A DNA stretch of 64,000 nt, taken from NCBI GenBank assembly GCA_038087875.1, contig CM075994.1, forward strand, positions 9,798,001-9,862,000, given 5' to 3'. Each line of letters starts with the position of its first letter. Within the stretch, counting starts at the first letter, position 1. Below, piece by piece: positions 12,739-23,205 of the stretch. The DNA comes from Malacoraja senta (Eukaryota). The position numbers and the translations under genes were made by a program. The notes under the pieces are model-generated. The model was not told the DNA's origin. It did no database searches and saw nothing but the letters and a program-made list of their open reading frames with translations.

Positions 12739-13176
12739 ATCAGAAAGCAGAAAAGCAAACCTGGGGTTGCTTCCTCTTGAACGCTTCCAAAAATCAGCGG
12801 CTTCCACCAGACTACTTCCTTTGAAGTGTGCTGGATATTTACAGACTGGGTCCTCCTCTCGCTCCAACGGCTCCTGGGCCTCTGTGGAGCAAAGCCCCGC
12901 GCTCGATTTTTAAACTCACCGCCCGGATAATCCTCCTCTCGCTCCAACGGCTCCTGGGCCTCAATAAGATCCCCTCTCATTCTTCTACATGGATAGGTGG
13001 GAAATGGGTCAAACGCAGGCAAATAGGACTTGGGTAGATGTGGTATCTTGGCCAGAATGGACAAGTAGAGACAGCATCCGTGGTCAGGATCGAACTCAGG
13101 TCTCCGGCGCTGTGAGGCAGCCACTCTACCGCTGCACCACCGTGCCACACCCAAATCGCGTGTTTTTCTGTCCCAA

Positions 13177-13590
13177 CTCTGGAGTTCAGAAGGAAGAGAG
13201 GGCATCTTATTGAAACATATAAGATTATTAAGGGTTTGGGCATGCTAGAGGTAGGAAACATGTTCCCGATGTTGGTGGAGTCCAGAACCAGGGGCCACAG
13301 AGTTTAAGAATAAGGGGTAAGCCATTTAGAACGGAGACGAGGAAACACTTTTTCACACAGAGTTATGAGTCTGTGGAATTCTCTGCCTCAGAGGGTGGTG
13401 GAGGCCGGTTCTCTGGACACTTTTCAAGGGAGAGCTGGATAGGGCTCTTTAAAAAAATAGCGGAGTCAGGGGATATGGGGAGAAGGCAGGAACGGGGTAC
13501 TGATTGGGGATGATCAGCCATGATCACATTGAATGGCGGTGCTGGCTCGAAGGGCCGAATGGCCTACTCATGCACCTATTGTCTATTGTC
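13177..13590 (+). mobile_element. CR1 3' fragment
   Basis: LEFRR..GHLIETYKI; conserved 3' UTR and (CTATTGT)n tail. Confidence 0.85.
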
Positions 13591-13600
13591 TAATCTGCAG

Positions 13601-13693
13601 GGAGACCTGGATCAGATCGAGCAAGTTGGCGCCCTGCCTGAGGAAGGCCATTCTTTGGCTACCAATAGCAACCACAAACACCGCCCTTCCCTG
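13601..13693 (+). CDS. Candidate internal exon of an unidentified host gene (GDLDQIEQVGALPEEGHSLATNSNHKHRPSL), phase 0-0
   Basis: ctgcag acceptor, GTGAGT donor, 93 nt, open, non-repetitive island among TEs. Confidence 0.5.
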
Positions 13694-13774
13694 GTGAGTT
13701 CACCTCCATTTCATTTTGTAGTGGACTAACCACAAAACTTTAAAAAAAAAAAAAATTAAAAAATATATAGTAAG

Positions 13775-14085
13775 GGCCCAGCAGTAGAGTTGCTGCCTTA
13801 CAGCGAATGCAGCGCCGGAGACCCGGGTTCGATCCCGACTACGGGTGCTGTCTGTACGGAGTTTGCACGTTCTCCCCGTGACCTGTGTGGAATTTCTCCG
13901 AGATCTTCTGTTTCCTCCCACACTCCAAAGACGTGCAGGTTTGTAGGTAAATTGGCTTGGTAAATGTAAAAATTGTTCCTAGTGTGTGTAGGATAGTGTT
14001 AATGTGCGGGGATCGCTGGTCGGCGCGGACCCGGTGGGCCGAAGGGCCTGTTTCCGCGCTGTATCTCCAAACTGAATTAAACTAA
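13775..14085 (+). mobile_element. tRNA-derived SINE, near full length
   Basis: tRNA-like head (GTAGAGTTGCTGCC...GGTTCGATCCC), conserved body, GGGCCGAAGGGCCTGTTTCC tail; many further copies in the window. Confidence 0.88.
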
Positions 14086-14399
14086 GTGCTGGAATAACTC
14101 GGCAGGACAGGTAGCGTCTCTGGGTAGAGAGAAAACCGGTCACGGGGAGAACGTGTAAACTCCGTGCCGACAGCACCCGTAGTCGGGATCGAACCCGGGT
14201 CTCTGGCACTGTGAGGCAGCAACTCTGCAGCGTGGAAACCTCAGGCCCGGCGCTGAGTCCAGGCTACAGGTAAGGCGATGGCTGCGGGCTGCTGGAGGAG
14301 GGCGGTGGAGTGGCCAGGATCAGCGGGCAAAGCGTGGGAGGTCCCGGTGGGCGGATGGTTGGTGGAACGGCGAGGTTCGACGGGTCCGGTGAGGCAGCG

Positions 14400-14625
14400 A
14401 GGTGAGTAGGCCCCGGTGCCGTGCGGAGGTGGGTAGGCCAAGGTGTGGCGGGGACGTGGGTAGGCCCCGGTGTGGCGCGGAGGTGGGTAGGCCCCGGTGC
14501 GGCGCGGAGGTGGGTAGGCCCCAGTGTGGCGGGGAGGTGGATAGGCCCCGGTGTGGCGGGGAGGTAGGTAGGCCCCGGTGCGGCGCGGAGGTGGGTAGGC
14601 CCCGGTGTGGCAGGGAGGTGGGTAG
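14400..14625. repeat. GC-rich 30-bp minisatellite (GGTGGGTAGGCCCCGGTGTGGCGCGGA-like)
   Basis: About 8 tandem units; source of the PPPRHTGAY repeat ORF. Confidence 0.85.
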
Positions 14626-14959
14626 GCCCCACCCCCACCCCACCCCACCCCCCCCCCCCACCACCACACCACCAAAGCCTCCGGAATCGCAAGCACAGCG
14701 CCACTGATGTTAGGGTTTGTATCAACGCCACTATGTCAAAAGTTTTATACACCTTGGTGGAGCGAGCCGAGGCCCCCCTAGATCTCGAGGCCTAAGCTTA
14801 AGCTTGTCTAGCTTATACGTAAATCCAGCCCTGCCTCTCATCATTCTAAACTCCAGAGTATACAAGCCCAGCCGCTCCATACTCTCAGCGTATGACAGTC
14901 CCGCCATCCTGGGAATTAACTTTGTATAGAAGCCCAGCCACTTCACTTTAACAGACAAA

Positions 14960-15205
14960 ACATGAAATTAAAGCGACGAGTGGAAAGGATTGGGGATGTG
15001 CAAAGATTGGGATTGGGGAGGGGGGAGCCGGTCTCAGTCTACCCCACGACAGAAGGGGGAGGAGTTGTACGGTCTGATAGCCACAGGGAAGAAGGATCTC
15101 CTGTGGCGTTCTGTGCTGCATCTTGGTGGAACCAGTCTGTTGCTGAAGGTGTTCCTCAGGTTGACCAGTGTGTCACGGAGGGGGGTGAGCTGTATTGTCC
15201 AAAAT
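14960..15205 (-). mobile_element. Rex1/Babar-like LINE 3' fragment
   Basis: Minus-strand translation [40 protein letters not shown]. Confidence 0.65.
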
Positions 15206-15318
15206 GCTATACGATACCACACACAAATATCCATCTCTCCCCGCGTTCGCTTCCGCTTGGAGCCGGCGCTTCTCCCCTCAGACTCCGCCAAACAAACGCA
15301 CACACACACACGCACACC

Positions 15319-15402
15319 ATGTCCGGCAGATCGGTGCGGGCCGAGACCAGGAGCAGGGCGAAGGATGACATCAAACGGGTCATGGCAGCAATGGAAAAAG
15401 TC
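15319..15402 (+). pseudogene. BCL7A: BCL7A N-terminal fragment (28 codons), with putative 5' UTR from ~15225
   Basis: [28 protein letters not shown] matches the conserved BCL7 N-terminus; KRVM favours BCL7A over B or C. It runs directly into repeat sequence and a stop. Confidence 0.85.
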
Positions 15403-15703
15403 GAGCCCAAATATCACCTATTCCTTCTCTCTGGAGATGCTGCCTGATCCGCTGAGTTACTCCAGCCTTTTGTGTCTGTCTTCAGTTTAAACCAGCATCT
15501 GCAGTTCCTCCATGTACAAGGTATGTGCCGTTTTAACTGAATGCATAACTGAAGTCGGGTCGGGTCAAAGATAGGGTCGGGGTTACTAAAATGGCGGAGG
15601 TTACGCTCCGTTGCGTACTACACGTCAGCCCATTGGATTTTGCAGGAGTGGACCATTTTGCTCTGCTCCATGATCTTTGACCTCACCTTCTCCGTTGCTC
15701 TAG

Positions 15704-15769
15704 CGCACTGAGGTCCTCCTTGAAGAGCGGGAAGAGGTCCGTTCAACAGAAGCTGATGATGATGAAGAG
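15704..15769 (+). CDS. Candidate internal exon of an unidentified host gene (RTEVLLEEREEVRSTEADDDEE), phase 0-0
   Basis: Pyrimidine tract plus ctctag acceptor, GAG|GTATGT donor, 66 nt, open. Confidence 0.55.
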
Positions 15770-15809
15770 GTATGTCTGTCTGTCCAGCTGCTAACGAGAT
15801 CCAAGTGTA

Positions 15810-16045
15810 CTTTGACTTCCTTACTTTCTGCCTATTGTGCCTCCTGGCATATAGGGCAGCAAGGAAGGTCCTCCACTCCTTTCTGTTCTGGGCTAGCTTC
15901 TGGACACTACCTCAGGTCAGGTCCATTGTTTTCATTTCCTCCTCTACAGTTCGACGCCAGGTGGTTTTGTGTCTCCCTCTTTTCCTTTTCCCTTCCGGTG
16001 TCCAGTGCAGGGCTATTCTTGGGATGCTGTCTGGTTCTCTTCGGC
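15810..16045 (-). mobile_element. RTE-clade LINE 3' fragment
   Basis: DSIPRIALHWTPEGKRKRGRHKTTWRRTVEEEM, a typical RTE ORF C-terminus. Confidence 0.75.
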
Positions 16046-16135
16046 TATCACCGTTGACATTCGTCCCAGCATCTGTCGATAGCCCTGGAAGTCCATCACG
16101 CCCAGGAGTGTTGAATGCTTCGGTTGCTGTTTCGG

Positions 16136-18280
16136 TAAGGCAAGGCAAGGCAAGTTTATTTGTATAGCACCTTTCAACCACAAGGTAATTCAAAGTGCTT
16201 TACATAAAACATTTAAAGCATTTGAAAGAAACACATATAAAATGACATTTAGATATAAAATGATTATTAGATTATTCAGATAAAATAATTACAAAATTAA
16301 AAGCAATCAAATAAAATATTTAAAATAGAATAAAACCAGGAATAGAAGTTACAGTGCAGTATAGGTAATTAATAAATTGTATTGTTTACTGAAAGGCAGC
16401 GGCAAACAGAAAAGTCTTCAGTCTAGATTTAAAAGAGCTGAGAGTTGCAGCAGACCTGCAGTTTTCTGGGAGTTTGTTCCAGATATGTGGTGCATAAAAA
16501 CTAAATGCTGCCTCTCCATGTTTAGTTCTGACTCTGGGGACACAGAGCAGACCTGTCCCAGACGATCTGAGAGGTCTGGGTGGTTCGTAGCTAAGCAGAA
16601 GATCAGAAATGTATTTTGGCACTAAACCATTCAGTGCTTTGTAAACCAACAGTAGTATTTTGAAATCAATTCTTTGACAGACAGGAAGCCAGTGTAAAGA
16701 CCTCAGAACTGGAGTAATGTGATCTACTTTTTTGCTCTTAGTGAGGACTCGAGCAACAGCGTTCTGAATTAACTGCAGCTGTCTGATCGACTTTTTAGGG
16801 AGACCTGTAATGACACTGTTACAGTAGTCGAGCCTGCTGAAGATAAATGCATGGACAAGTTTTTCAAAATCCTGCTGAGACATAAGTCCTTTAATCCTTG
16901 ATATATTCTTTAGGTGATAGTAGGCTGACTTTGTGACTGTTTTTATGTGGCTGTTGAAGTTCAGGTCTGAGTCCATGACTATTCCTAAGTTTCTGGCTTG
17001 GTTTGTTGTTTTTAGCATTACCATTTGAAGCAGGGTGCTAACTTTTAATCGTTCTTCCTTGGCTCCAAAAATAATTATTTCAGTTTTGTCTTTGTTTAAT
17101 TGGAGAAAATTCTGGTTCATCCAATCGTTGATTTGCTCAATGCATCTACTCAGTGCTTGTATTGGACTACAGTCTCCTGGTGATATTGTTATGTAGATTT
17201 GTGTGTCGTCTGCGTAACTATGGTAACATATTTTGATGTTTTTCATGATCTGAGCCAGTGGAAGCATGTAGATGTTAAACAGAAGAGGCCCCAGAATGGA
17301 GCCCTGGGGAACTCCACATGTAATTTTTGCACGCTCAGATGTGTAATTACGTATAGACACAAATTAGTCCCTGTCCAAGTAGGATTCAAACCATTTTAAT
17401 GCTGTGCCCGAAAGTTCCACCCAGTTTTCCAGACAGTCTAGTAATATGTTGTGATCGACTGTGTCGAATGCAGCACTGAGATCTAGTAATAACTAAGACT
17501 GAAATTTTGCCATTGTCTGTGTTTAAGTGAATGTCATTGAAGACCTTAACAAGAGCCGTCTCGGTGCTGTGGTGTGGTCTAAATCCTGACTGGAAGACAT
17601 CAAAACAGCTGTTCATTAACATGAAATTGTTCAGCTGCTTAAAAACAGCTTTTTCAATGATTTTACTGAGAAATGGGAGGTTTGATATTCGTCTGTAATT
17701 GTTCAGTAGTGAAGTGTCTAAGTTCTTCTTTTTTAAGAGAGGCTTGATAACAGCAGTTTTCAGGGCATGTGGGAAGACACCTGAGAGAAGGGACGTGTTT
17801 ACAATCTGTAGAAGGTCTGAGGTCATGCAGTTTGATACACCTTTGCAAAGGCCTGTTGGTAGAATATCGAGGCAGCAGGAGGAGGATTTCAAATGTTGTA
17901 TAATGCCCTCCAAGGTTTTATGGTTAATAACATTAAATTGTGTCATGGTATTTGAATTGATTATAAGTGGACACATGGACAACACATGTCCTGCACCTGA
18001 TGTGGAGGCACTGACTGCTTGCCTAATTTTCTGAATTTTGTCGGTGAAGAAGGAGGCAAATTCATTACAGGCCCTTGTGGAAAGCAGTCCAGGGGCTACT
18101 GACACAGGAGGGTTTGTTAGCCTGTCGACAGTAGTAAACAAGGCCCGTGCATTATTATTGTTTTTGGCAATGATGTCAGAGAAGAAGGATTGCCTTGCAT
18201 TTCTCAGTTCCAAGTTGTAGATGCGAAGTCTTTCTTTATAGATGTAAAAGTGAACCTGGAGATTTGTTTTCCGCCACCGT
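16136..18280 (-). mobile_element. L2-clade LINE, 5'-truncated RT region with (CTTGC)n tail
   Basis: ORFs 17386-18306 and 16386-17360: [35 protein letters not shown] repeats at 16136-16153. Confidence 0.92.
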
Positions 18281-18874
18281 AACATATTTGTTAGCCCTGT
18301 GCTCAACCCCGAACCTGGAGATCGCTCTTCGTCTCGCCTCTACCCTTCGACCTGTCCGGCATGGGAGACCCTAACAGGAGACGAATCTCCCGCTGGCATA
18401 GCTGCAGGGGTCACTGAGACAGACAAGCTCCCCGACCATGATTCAGATTCAGATTCAGATTCCACTTTATTGTCATTGTACAGTGTACAGTACAGAGACA
18501 ACGAAATGCAGTTAGCATCTCCCTAGAAGAGCGACATAAATATGAGCAATAAATAAATCTAATAAATCCTGGTGGGAGGAGTGTCCTATAGGCCAACTCA
18601 TCGTTGTTGCTGATGAGGCCAATCACCATGACAAGGTTGCAATCCAACAGGGCAGCCAATCCACAAAGTGTCCTTTAAGGATGGACACAAAATACTGGAG
18701 TAACTCAGGCAGCATCTCTGGAGGGAAGGAATGAGTGATCTTTGGATCGAGACCCCTCCTTTCGAAACACTGCTCCTTAGACCCAAGTCATACCTCCATC
18801 TCTTGTTCCACGGAGATTTGAGTCCAGCCAAGTCCACCCTTTGGCCGTTCCAGAGCAGAGGTGAAGCAGTAGAA

Positions 18875-19365
18875 ATAGATAATAGACAACAGGAAATAGA
18901 CAATAGGAAATAAATAATAGGAAATAGACAATAGATAATAGACAATAGATAATAGACAATAGACAATGGGTGGAGGAGTAGGCCATTCGGCCCTTCGAGC
19001 CAGCACCGCCATTCAAGGTGATCATGGCTGATCATCCCCAATCAGTACCCCGTTCCTGCCTTCTCCCCATATCCCCTGACTCCGCTATCTTTAAGAGCCC
19101 TATCTAGTTCTCTCTTGAAAGTATCCAGAGAACCCGGCCTCCACCGCCCTCTGAGGCAGAAAATTTCCACAGACTCACAACTCCCTGTGTGAAAAAGTGG
19201 TTCCTCATCTCCGTTCTAAATGGCTTACTCCTTATTCTTAAACTGTGTGAGCCCTTGGTTCTGGACTCCCCCAACATCGGGAACATGTTTCCTGCCTCTA
19301 GCGTGTCCAAACCCTTAACAATCTTATATGATTCATAAGATACCCTCTCATCCTTCTAAACTCCA
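18875..19365 (-). mobile_element. CR1 3' fragment (copy at ~24435-24925)
   Basis: LEFRRMRGYLIE...SLRIRSKPFRTE; (CTATTGT)n tail. Confidence 0.85.
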
Positions 19366-19464
19366 AATAGCCCGGTTACATCCACTAGTTAGCCACGGGT
19401 GGTGCAGCGGTAGAGTTGCTGCCTCACCACGCCGGAGATCCGGGTTCGATCCCGAGTACTGCTA

Positions 19465-20445
19465 TGAGAATGCAGGGTGACTTGGACAGGTTGGGGGAGT
19501 GGGCAGATGCATGGCGGATGCAGTTTAATGCGGATAAATGTGAGGTTATCCACTTTGGTAGCAAAAACAGGAAAGCAGATTACTATCTACATGGCGTCAA
19601 GTTGGGAAAAGGGGAAGTACAACGGGATCTGGGGGTCTTGTACATCAGTCTATGAAAGTATGCATGCAGGCACAGCAGGAAGTGAAGAAAGCCAATGGCA
19701 TGTTGGCCTTTATAACAAGAGGAATCGAATATAGGAGCAAAGAGGTCCTTCTGCAGTTGTACAGGGCCCTAGTGAGACCACACCTGGAGTATTGTGTGCA
19801 GTTTTGGTCCCCTAATTTGAGGATGGACATTCTTGCTATTGAGGGAGTGCAGCGTAGGTTTACAATGTTAATTCCCGGGATGGTGGGACTGTCATATGCC
19901 GAGAGAATGGAGCAGCTGGGCTTGTACACTCTGGAGTTTAGAAGGTTGAGAGGGGATCTCATTGAAACATATAAGATTGTTAAGGGTTTGGACACGCTAG
20001 AGGCAGAAACATGTTCCCGATGTTTGGGGCGTCCAGAACCAGGGGCCACAGTTTAAGAATAAGGAGTAGCCATTTAGATCTGAGACGAGGAAACACTTTT
20101 TCTCAACAGAGAGTGGTGAGTCTGTGGAATTCTCTGCCTCAGAGGGCGGTGGAGGCCGGTTCTCTGGATACTTTCAAGAGAGAGCTAGATAGGGCTCTTG
20201 AAGATAGCGGTCAGGGGATATGGGAAGAAGGCAGGAACGGGGTGCTGATTGGGGATGATCAGCCATGATCACATTAATGGCGGTGCTGGCTCAAAGGGCC
20301 GAATGCCTACTCCTGCGTCTGTTGTCTGTTGTCTGTTGTCTGTTGTCTGTTGTCTGTTGTCTGTTGCCTGTTGCCTGTTGCCTGTTGCCTGTTGCCTGTT
20401 GCCTGTTGCCTGTTGCCTGTTGCCTGTTGCCTGTTGCCTGTTGCC
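19465..20445 (+). mobile_element. CR1 3' fragment with expanded (TGTTGTC/TGTTGCC)n tail (copy at ~25025-26010)
   Basis: RT C-terminus LDRLGEWADAWRMQFN...RPHLEYCVQFWSP; 7-mer array at ~20320-20445. Confidence 0.88.
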
Positions 20446-20684
20446 TCTGAAACGGTTTCCGCACTGTATCTCAAAATTGAACTAATCTGCCTTTTGACTC
20501 CAACTCTTCCACAGGTTTGTAGGTTAATTGGCTTCTGTAAATTGTCCCGTGTGTGTAGGATATTGTTGGTGTGCGGGGGATCACTGGTGGCGCGGACTCG
20601 ATGGGCCTGTTTCCACGCCCGATCTCGAAAGTCTAAAGTAAGTCTCTAAAGGTCCCTGTCACGGTTTATTTCGAACAGCTCCGA

Positions 20685-20925
20685 CACAGACACTGTGATT
20701 TACAGGACTGTTCCCAGGGACGCATTCAGAGACCGACATCGAGTGCTGCTGGAAGGGTCATCAACTCGGGGAAAGACGCTCTATGGCCTGCCCGAACGTT
20801 GTTCACCACCCAGATGTCCGTCAGGGAATGTTGCCGACTGGCCCGCTGCAGACTGCAGGAGTACGTGCTGATGGACGCACTGAAGCTCGGTGCAGCCAAC
20901 GCCAAGGCTCGATGGGGGGGGGGCA
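20685..20925 (+). mobile_element. Tx1-like (L1-group) ORF2 C-terminal fragment (copy at ~26250-26485)
   Basis: YGLFPGTHSETDIECCWK...ECCRLARCRLQEYVLMDALKLGAANAKARWG. Confidence 0.6.
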
Positions 20926-21054
20926 CAGTCTAGGGTCCTTCCGCTGCAGGACATGGGGGGCAGGGTGTGGTGGAGACACCACTCAAAAAAAGGGAAGTGG
21001 GCCACATGAGTGGCATGGGTGCGGGATAAATTAGTGCAATGTGTGTCAACAGTA

Positions 21055-21810
21055 TTAGAAACATAGAAAATAGTTGCTGGTGGAGGCCATTCGGCCCTTT
21101 GAGCCAGCACCGCCATTCATTGTGATCATGGCTGATCGTCCCCAATCAATAACCCGTGCCTGCTTTCTCCCCATATCCCTTGATTCCACTAGCCCCTAGA
21201 GCTCTATCTAACTCTCTCTTAAATCCATCCAGTGACTTGGCCTCTACTGCCCTCTGTGGCGGGGAATTCCACAATTTCACAACTCTCTGGGTGAAAACTT
21301 TTTTTCACACCTCAGTCTTAAATGGCCTCCCCTTTATTCTAAGACAGTGTGTCCCGTGGTTCTGGGCTCGCCCAACATTGGGAACATCTTTCCTGCATCT
21401 AGCCTTGTCCAGTCCTTTTATAATTGTATATGGTTCTATAAGACCCCCCCCCCCTCCTTCTAAACTCCAGTGAATACAAGCCAAGTATTTTCAATCTCTC
21501 CTCGTATGACAGTCCCGCCATCCCAGGGATAAATTTCGTGAACCTATGCTGCACTGCCTCAATCACAAGGATGTCCTTCCTCAAATGAGGAGACCAAAAC
21601 TGTACACAATACTCCAGGTGTGGTCTCACCGGAGCCCTATACAACTGCAGAAGAACCTCTTTACTCCTATACTGAAATCCTCTTGTTATGAAGGCCAACA
21701 TTCCATTAGCTTTCTTCACTGCCTGCTGTACCTGCACGCCAACTTTCAGTGACTGGTGTACAAGGACACCCAGCTCTCGCTGCACCTCCCCCTTACCTAA
21801 CCTAACCTGA
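21055..21810 (-). mobile_element. CR1 3' fragment (copy at ~26620-27370)
   Basis: VHQSLKVGVQVQQAVKKANGMLAFI...RPHLEYCVQFWSP. Confidence 0.88.
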
Positions 21811-21933
21811 CCATTGAATGTATAGCCTCCGAGAATGTAGGATGAATTATTATTTTTTGCACAGTTCCTGTGTTCTATATATAGATTACTTGAATAAAGT
21901 CTATTTTGAATTAAAGTAACACTATCTCCGCAG

Positions 21934-22053
21934 GTCTCTGTTAACAAGGGACGACACGACAGGCTGGGTGAAGAAGATTTGAACGATACCCTTGAATATC
22001 TAACTGACAACATCCAGGTCGATCGCCCCCCTGTCTCCGAATCCAACCCGTGA
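21934..22053 (+). CDS. Candidate terminal coding exon (VSVNKGRHDRLGEEDLNDTLEYLTDNIQVDRPPVSESNP*)
   Basis: tctccgcag acceptor; phase 0 matches the 15704-15769 exon; TGA at 22051-22053; AATAAA at 22127-22132. Confidence 0.55.
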   Translation, partial: VSVNKGRHDRLGEEDLNDTLEYLTDNIQVDRPPVSESNP

Positions 22054-22262
22054 ATCTCTGTCGGTGAATCCCGTATCAGCGGGAAGAATCCTTCGCCAAT
22101 TTGTCATCACTTCTTTTTGGTAAATTAATAAAAAAATGAGTTGGTGAAAATCTCTCTCATTTGGTTTGGAGGCTTGAATTTCCCAGATGTGAAACCGAGT
22201 TTTTCCCCCACCAGGAGACCAGTTAAAGCTGGGGGTATCGTGATGGTACTATGGTAGTTGAT

Positions 22263-22618
22263 GTTTATACATCGACGAGACCAAGCATAGGCTTGGCGAT
22301 CGCTTCGCCCAACACCTCCGCTCGGTTCGCATTAACCAACCTGATCTCCCGGTGGCTCATCACTTCAACTCCCCCTCCCATTCTGTATCCGACCTTTCTG
22401 TCCTGGGCCTCCTGCAACACCTCATATTTCGCTTGGGTAGTTTACACTCCAGCGGTAAGAACATGGACTTCTTCAATTTCAGGTAGTCCTTGCTTTCTCC
22501 TTCTTTCCCCTCCCCTTCCCAGCTATCCCACAGCCCACTGTCTCCGCCTCTTCCTTTCTTCTTCCCGTCGCCTCCCCCTCCACCATCAGTCTCAAGAAGC
22601 GTCTCGACCCAAAATGAC
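22263..22618 (+). mobile_element. Penelope GIY-YIG fragment with mutated hammerhead core (copy at ~27824-28179)
   Basis: Homologous to 5470-5880; ends in CAGTCTCAAGAAGCGTCTCGACCCAAAATG. Confidence 0.8.
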
Positions 22619-23205
22619 AATAGACAATAGACAATAGGTGCAGGAGTAGGCCATTCGACCCTTCGAGCCAGCACCACCATTCAATGTGATTATGGCTGAT
22701 GACCTCCAATCAGTACCCCGTTCCTGCCTTCTCCCCATATCCCCTGGTCTCCTAATCTGAGGAAAGACATTCTTGCCATAGAGGGAGTACAGAGAAGGTT
22801 CACCAGACTGATTCCTGGGATGTCAGGACTTTCATATGAAGAAAGATTGGATAGACTCGGTTTGTACTCGCTAGAATTTAGACGATTGAGGGGGGATCTT
22901 ATAGAAACGTACAAAACTCTTAAGGGGTTGGAGAGGCTAGATGCAGGAAGATTGTTCCCGATGTTGGGGAAGTCCAGAACAAGGGGTCACAGTTTAAGGA
23001 TAAGGGGGAAATCTTTTAGGACCGAGATGAGGAAAACATTTTTCACACAGAGAGTGTTGAATCTCTGGAATTCTCTGCCACAGAAGGTAGTTGAGGCCAG
23101 TTCATTGGCTATATTTAAGAGGGAGTTAGATGTGGCCCTTGTGGCTAAAGGGATCAGGGGGTATGGAGAGAAAGCAGGTACAGGATACTGAGTTGGATGA
23201 TCAGC

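Larger units (their letters stand above)
8405..12960 (-). mobile_element. Near full-length CR1 LINE (family B): intact ORF1, frameshifted ORF2, tandem-repeat 5' region
   Basis: ORF1 at 11426-12373. ORF2 fragments 10946-11242, 10401-10946, 9594-10130, 9142-9630 and 8479-8994 carry APE and RT motifs. (TTTCTATG)n tail near 8410. The 5' boundary is approximate. Confidence 0.92.
17646..23205. repeat. Tandem segmental duplication, unit 1 (~5.56 kb)
   Basis: Colinear and near-identical to 23206-28766 (ORF offsets 5560-5562). Confidence 0.97.

Noticed and set aside
13775..13850. tRNA gene
   Set aside because: The tRNA-like head continues into a SINE body that is repeated many times in the window.
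14241..14752. Pro-rich repeat protein ORFs
   Set aside because: Products of a GC-rich minisatellite that is open in several frames.
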